A stretch of 64,000 nucleotides of DNA, from contig CBDHCN010000002.1 of NCBI GenBank assembly GCA_965261185.1, forward strand, positions 2,528,813 to 2,592,812. Direction: 5' to 3'. The position numbers and the translations under genes are program-made. Positions 62,118-64,000 of the stretch are shown here, piece after piece (within the stretch, counting starts at the first letter, position 1; the number at the start of each line of letters is the position of its first letter). The notes below the pieces were generated by a model that was not told where the DNA came from, did not search any database, and saw nothing but the letters and a program-made list of their open reading frames with translations. The DNA comes from Candidatus Aldehydirespiratoraceae bacterium. GTDB lineage: Bacteria > Actinomycetota > Acidimicrobiia > Acidimicrobiales > Aldehydirespiratoraceae.

Positions 62118-62747
62118 TGGCAAGCGAGCTGTTCCACCGTTTCGACAAGACCCGCGACGTGCTGCGCGGCGTGTCTCTCACAGTGCAGGTCGACAAGACG
62201 TCGACCGCTGTGGTAGCCCCGTCGGGGTCGGGGAAGACAACGTTGCTGGCGATCATCGGGGGGGCTTCTGCCGCCCACCAGCGGCGAGGTCCGCGTCAGA
62301 AGCGGGAACCGCTCGATGTCGGTCCGCGATCAGGTGTCGTGGGTGTTTCAGACGACGGGTCTGCTCTCCCGTCGCTCCGCTTGGGACAACGCAGCCATGG
62401 GCGCGTCAGCTTTGGGGCGTCCTCGACAAGAAATCCAGAGCAGCGTGGACGAGGCCCTGGCCGCGGTCGGCCTCTCCAACCATGCAAACGAGCGGGCGGG
62501 GATTCTGTCGGGCGGCGAGGCACAACGGCTCGGCGTGGCCCGGGCGGTAGCGACGGGTCTGCCTTTCATCCTTGCTGATGAACCGACCGGGCAACTTGAT
62601 CGGGCCAACAGCCGACTGGTCGCCGATGCGCTCTTTGAAGCAGTCCAAGTCGCTGGAGGAGGTCTGGTGTTGGTGACCCACGATCTGGACCTGGCAAGCC
62701 GTTGCGACCGAACTCTGTCCCTGGTGGACGGGAAATTACGCGAATGA
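62108..62747 (+). pseudogene. MacB/LolD-type ABC ATP-binding protein, frameshifted in a G7 run
   Basis: Walker A APSGSGKTTLLAIIGG lies in frame 1. After G7 (62258-62264) the sequence continues in the +1 frame: LLPPTSGEVRV...LSGGEAQRLGVARA...ILADEPTGQLD. Six G would restore one ORF. Confidence 0.8.
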
Positions 62748-63838
62748 TACGGGGGTGGCGTCTTCGGTCCGTGCTACGCGAGGCGGGCCTCAACGTCGCA
62801 AACGGCGGAGTGAGGACGCTGCTGATATCGGTGGTCTTGGCCGCCGTGCTCACCATGGGCGGTCTGCTCGAAGCCCACAGCGTCCAACAGATCGTTGAGC
62901 GTGACGTCGACCTCGCCCGCCGCGGTCGCTTCGTGTTGCGGATCACTCCGGGAAGCAATGATCGGTCACCGCTCGATGCGCGAGCTTGTGAACGCCTGGT
63001 GAGCCAAGACGGCGTGACTGCCTCGGGGTCGGTTCTCGCCAATGACCTGCTGCCTCTGCGACTGCCTCCGGGAACCACACTGCGACGCATCGCGGTCACG
63101 CCCGGACTCTACGACGTGTTCGACTTGACCGCGGGGAACGACAGCAGAACAGCACCGATATTCGCGGGCCATGAAGCAGCCGACGAACTCGAGCTGGCAC
63201 CCGGAGCGCCGATTGCGTTCCAGGCTGCCCAGCATTCAGAACAACTCACCGTCGGTTTCGTTGCCGGATCGTCGGTCGTGCGCTACCCGCTGGCCGACCG
63301 AGCCATCCTGTTGCCGGCCGTGGGCAGCGAGACAAGAGTGTGCTACGTCGAAATAGATCCCCGGCTGTTCAACGACTATCGATTGGGAGGGGTTGCCTCG
63401 CTGGACACATTGACCGAAGGCACCCCGATCGTCACCGCGCTCGCGAATGTGGCGAAGGGGGAGACGCCCAGCGAACGCTACGCCACTCGACTCTCGAGGT
63501 TCGCTGGTTTCGCAACGGGCATTGCGGTCGCAGCGATCTTTGCGGTTGATCTGCAGACGCGACGTAAAGAGATAGGTGTCTACCGCGCCACCGGCACCAC
63601 GCGTCCAGGGGCATTCTTGATCTTCTATGGGGATCAGATGCTGACCCTTGTCGTCGGCTGTGTCATTGCCGCATTCGCCACCAGCGTCTTGCTGGTCACA
63701 TCCGACCTGGGCCGACAAGCCGCACTGCACGGACTCGGCGCCATCTCGACAGCGGTGGCAATAGCCGGCATCGGATTGGTACCGATTGTGGCAACCGCCA
63801 TTTGTCGTCGTGACATCATTTCGACCCTCAAACAGTGA
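62744..63838 (+). CDS. FtsX/MacB-type ABC transporter permease
   Basis: N-terminal TM segment, large extracytoplasmic loop and three C-terminal TM segments. ATGA overlap with the ATPase stop. Confidence 0.8.
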   Translation: MIRGWRLRSVLREAGLNVANGGVRTLLISVVLAAVLTMGGLLEAHSVQQIVERDVDLARRGRFVLRITPGSNDRSPLDARACERLVSQDGVTASGSVLANDLLPLRLPPGTTLRRIAVTPGLYDVFDLTAGNDSRTAPIFAGHEAADELELAPGAPIAFQAAQHSEQLTVGFVAGSSVVRYPLADRAILLPAVGSETRVCYVEIDPRLFNDYRLGGVASLDTLTEGTPIVTALANVAKGETPSERYATRLSRFAGFATGIAVAAIFAVDLQTRRKEIGVYRATGTTRPGAFLIFYGDQMLTLVVGCVIAAFATSVLLVTSDLGRQAALHGLGAISTAVAIAGIGLVPIVATAICRRDIISTLKQ

Positions 63839-63847
63839 GAGTCCGTG
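63776..63847 (+). repeat. 72-bp inverted-repeat arm R (3' end of the intact permease gene)
   Basis: See arm L at 59904-59975. Confidence 0.9.
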
Positions 63848-63917
63848 GTCCTCGACCATCCCCATCCCACGTTTTACATGCAGGTTCGTCAGGCCCAACA
63901 ACAGCGGGACACGGCGA

Positions 63918-64000
63918 TCACGAGAGACCGAGCTTGTTCATGGCCGAGTCGACACAGTCAGCTTCAACGGAGGGATCGGGTTCTGACTGGACGTCTGGCC
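63918..64000 (-). CDS. 3' end of a paralogue of the 60457-61032 lipoprotein gene; runs off the right edge of the window
   Basis: The reverse complement of 63908-64000 aligns with 60944-61038, including the stop and the following TGATCGCCGT. Confidence 0.6.
   Translation of the reverse strand, partial: PDVQSEPDPSVEADCVDSAMNKLGLS

Overview
High-GC (~60%) actinobacterial-type chromosome segment. Lineage markers are a bL37 mini-ORF, an Rpf-type transglycosylase, tatD-rpf-rsmA-ispE synteny and the rimP-nusA-infB-rbfA-truB-ribF cluster. No finer taxonomic call is possible without a database search. About 60 genes; no rRNA, tRNA or CRISPR array was found. Layout: (1) 1-20.8 kb is core: CoA transferase, ispG, the translation/ribosome-maturation cluster, ribA, pepN, a PfkB kinase, a crotonase, an M16 peptidase and add. 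A truncated ATPase pseudogene in this block abuts four 23-bp head-to-tail repeats. (2) 20.8-37.7 kb is an accessory, defence-type region: Fic, vapBC, an archaeal-type AAA ATPase, a DUF222/HNH gene, a DnaQ-BRCT exonuclease, a large Type ISP restriction-modification locus, an NTase/HTH pair, and a low-GC insert carrying a ClpP-fold (SDH-type) protease. The region is bounded and subdivided by direct repeats that copy the 3' end of a phytanoyl-CoA dioxygenase gene. (3) 37.7-57.9 kb is core: a BMP-family nucleoside ABC importer, ADP-forming acyl-CoA ligase, ychF, desaturase, rsmI, rmuC, metG, tatD, rpf, rsmA and ispE. (4) 57.9-64 kb is an ECF sigma module divergent from a five-gene secreted-protein/MacB-type ABC cassette, bracketed by 72-bp inverted repeats. 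The most unusual locus is the Type ISP R-M gene. A C13 tract sits directly after its probable ATG. A (GA)21 tract and a C17 tract lie inside the coding region. The linker before the target-recognition domain is amplified into five diverged cassettes, each ending in its own stop codon. All product calls come from motif recognition by eye; no similarity search was run.
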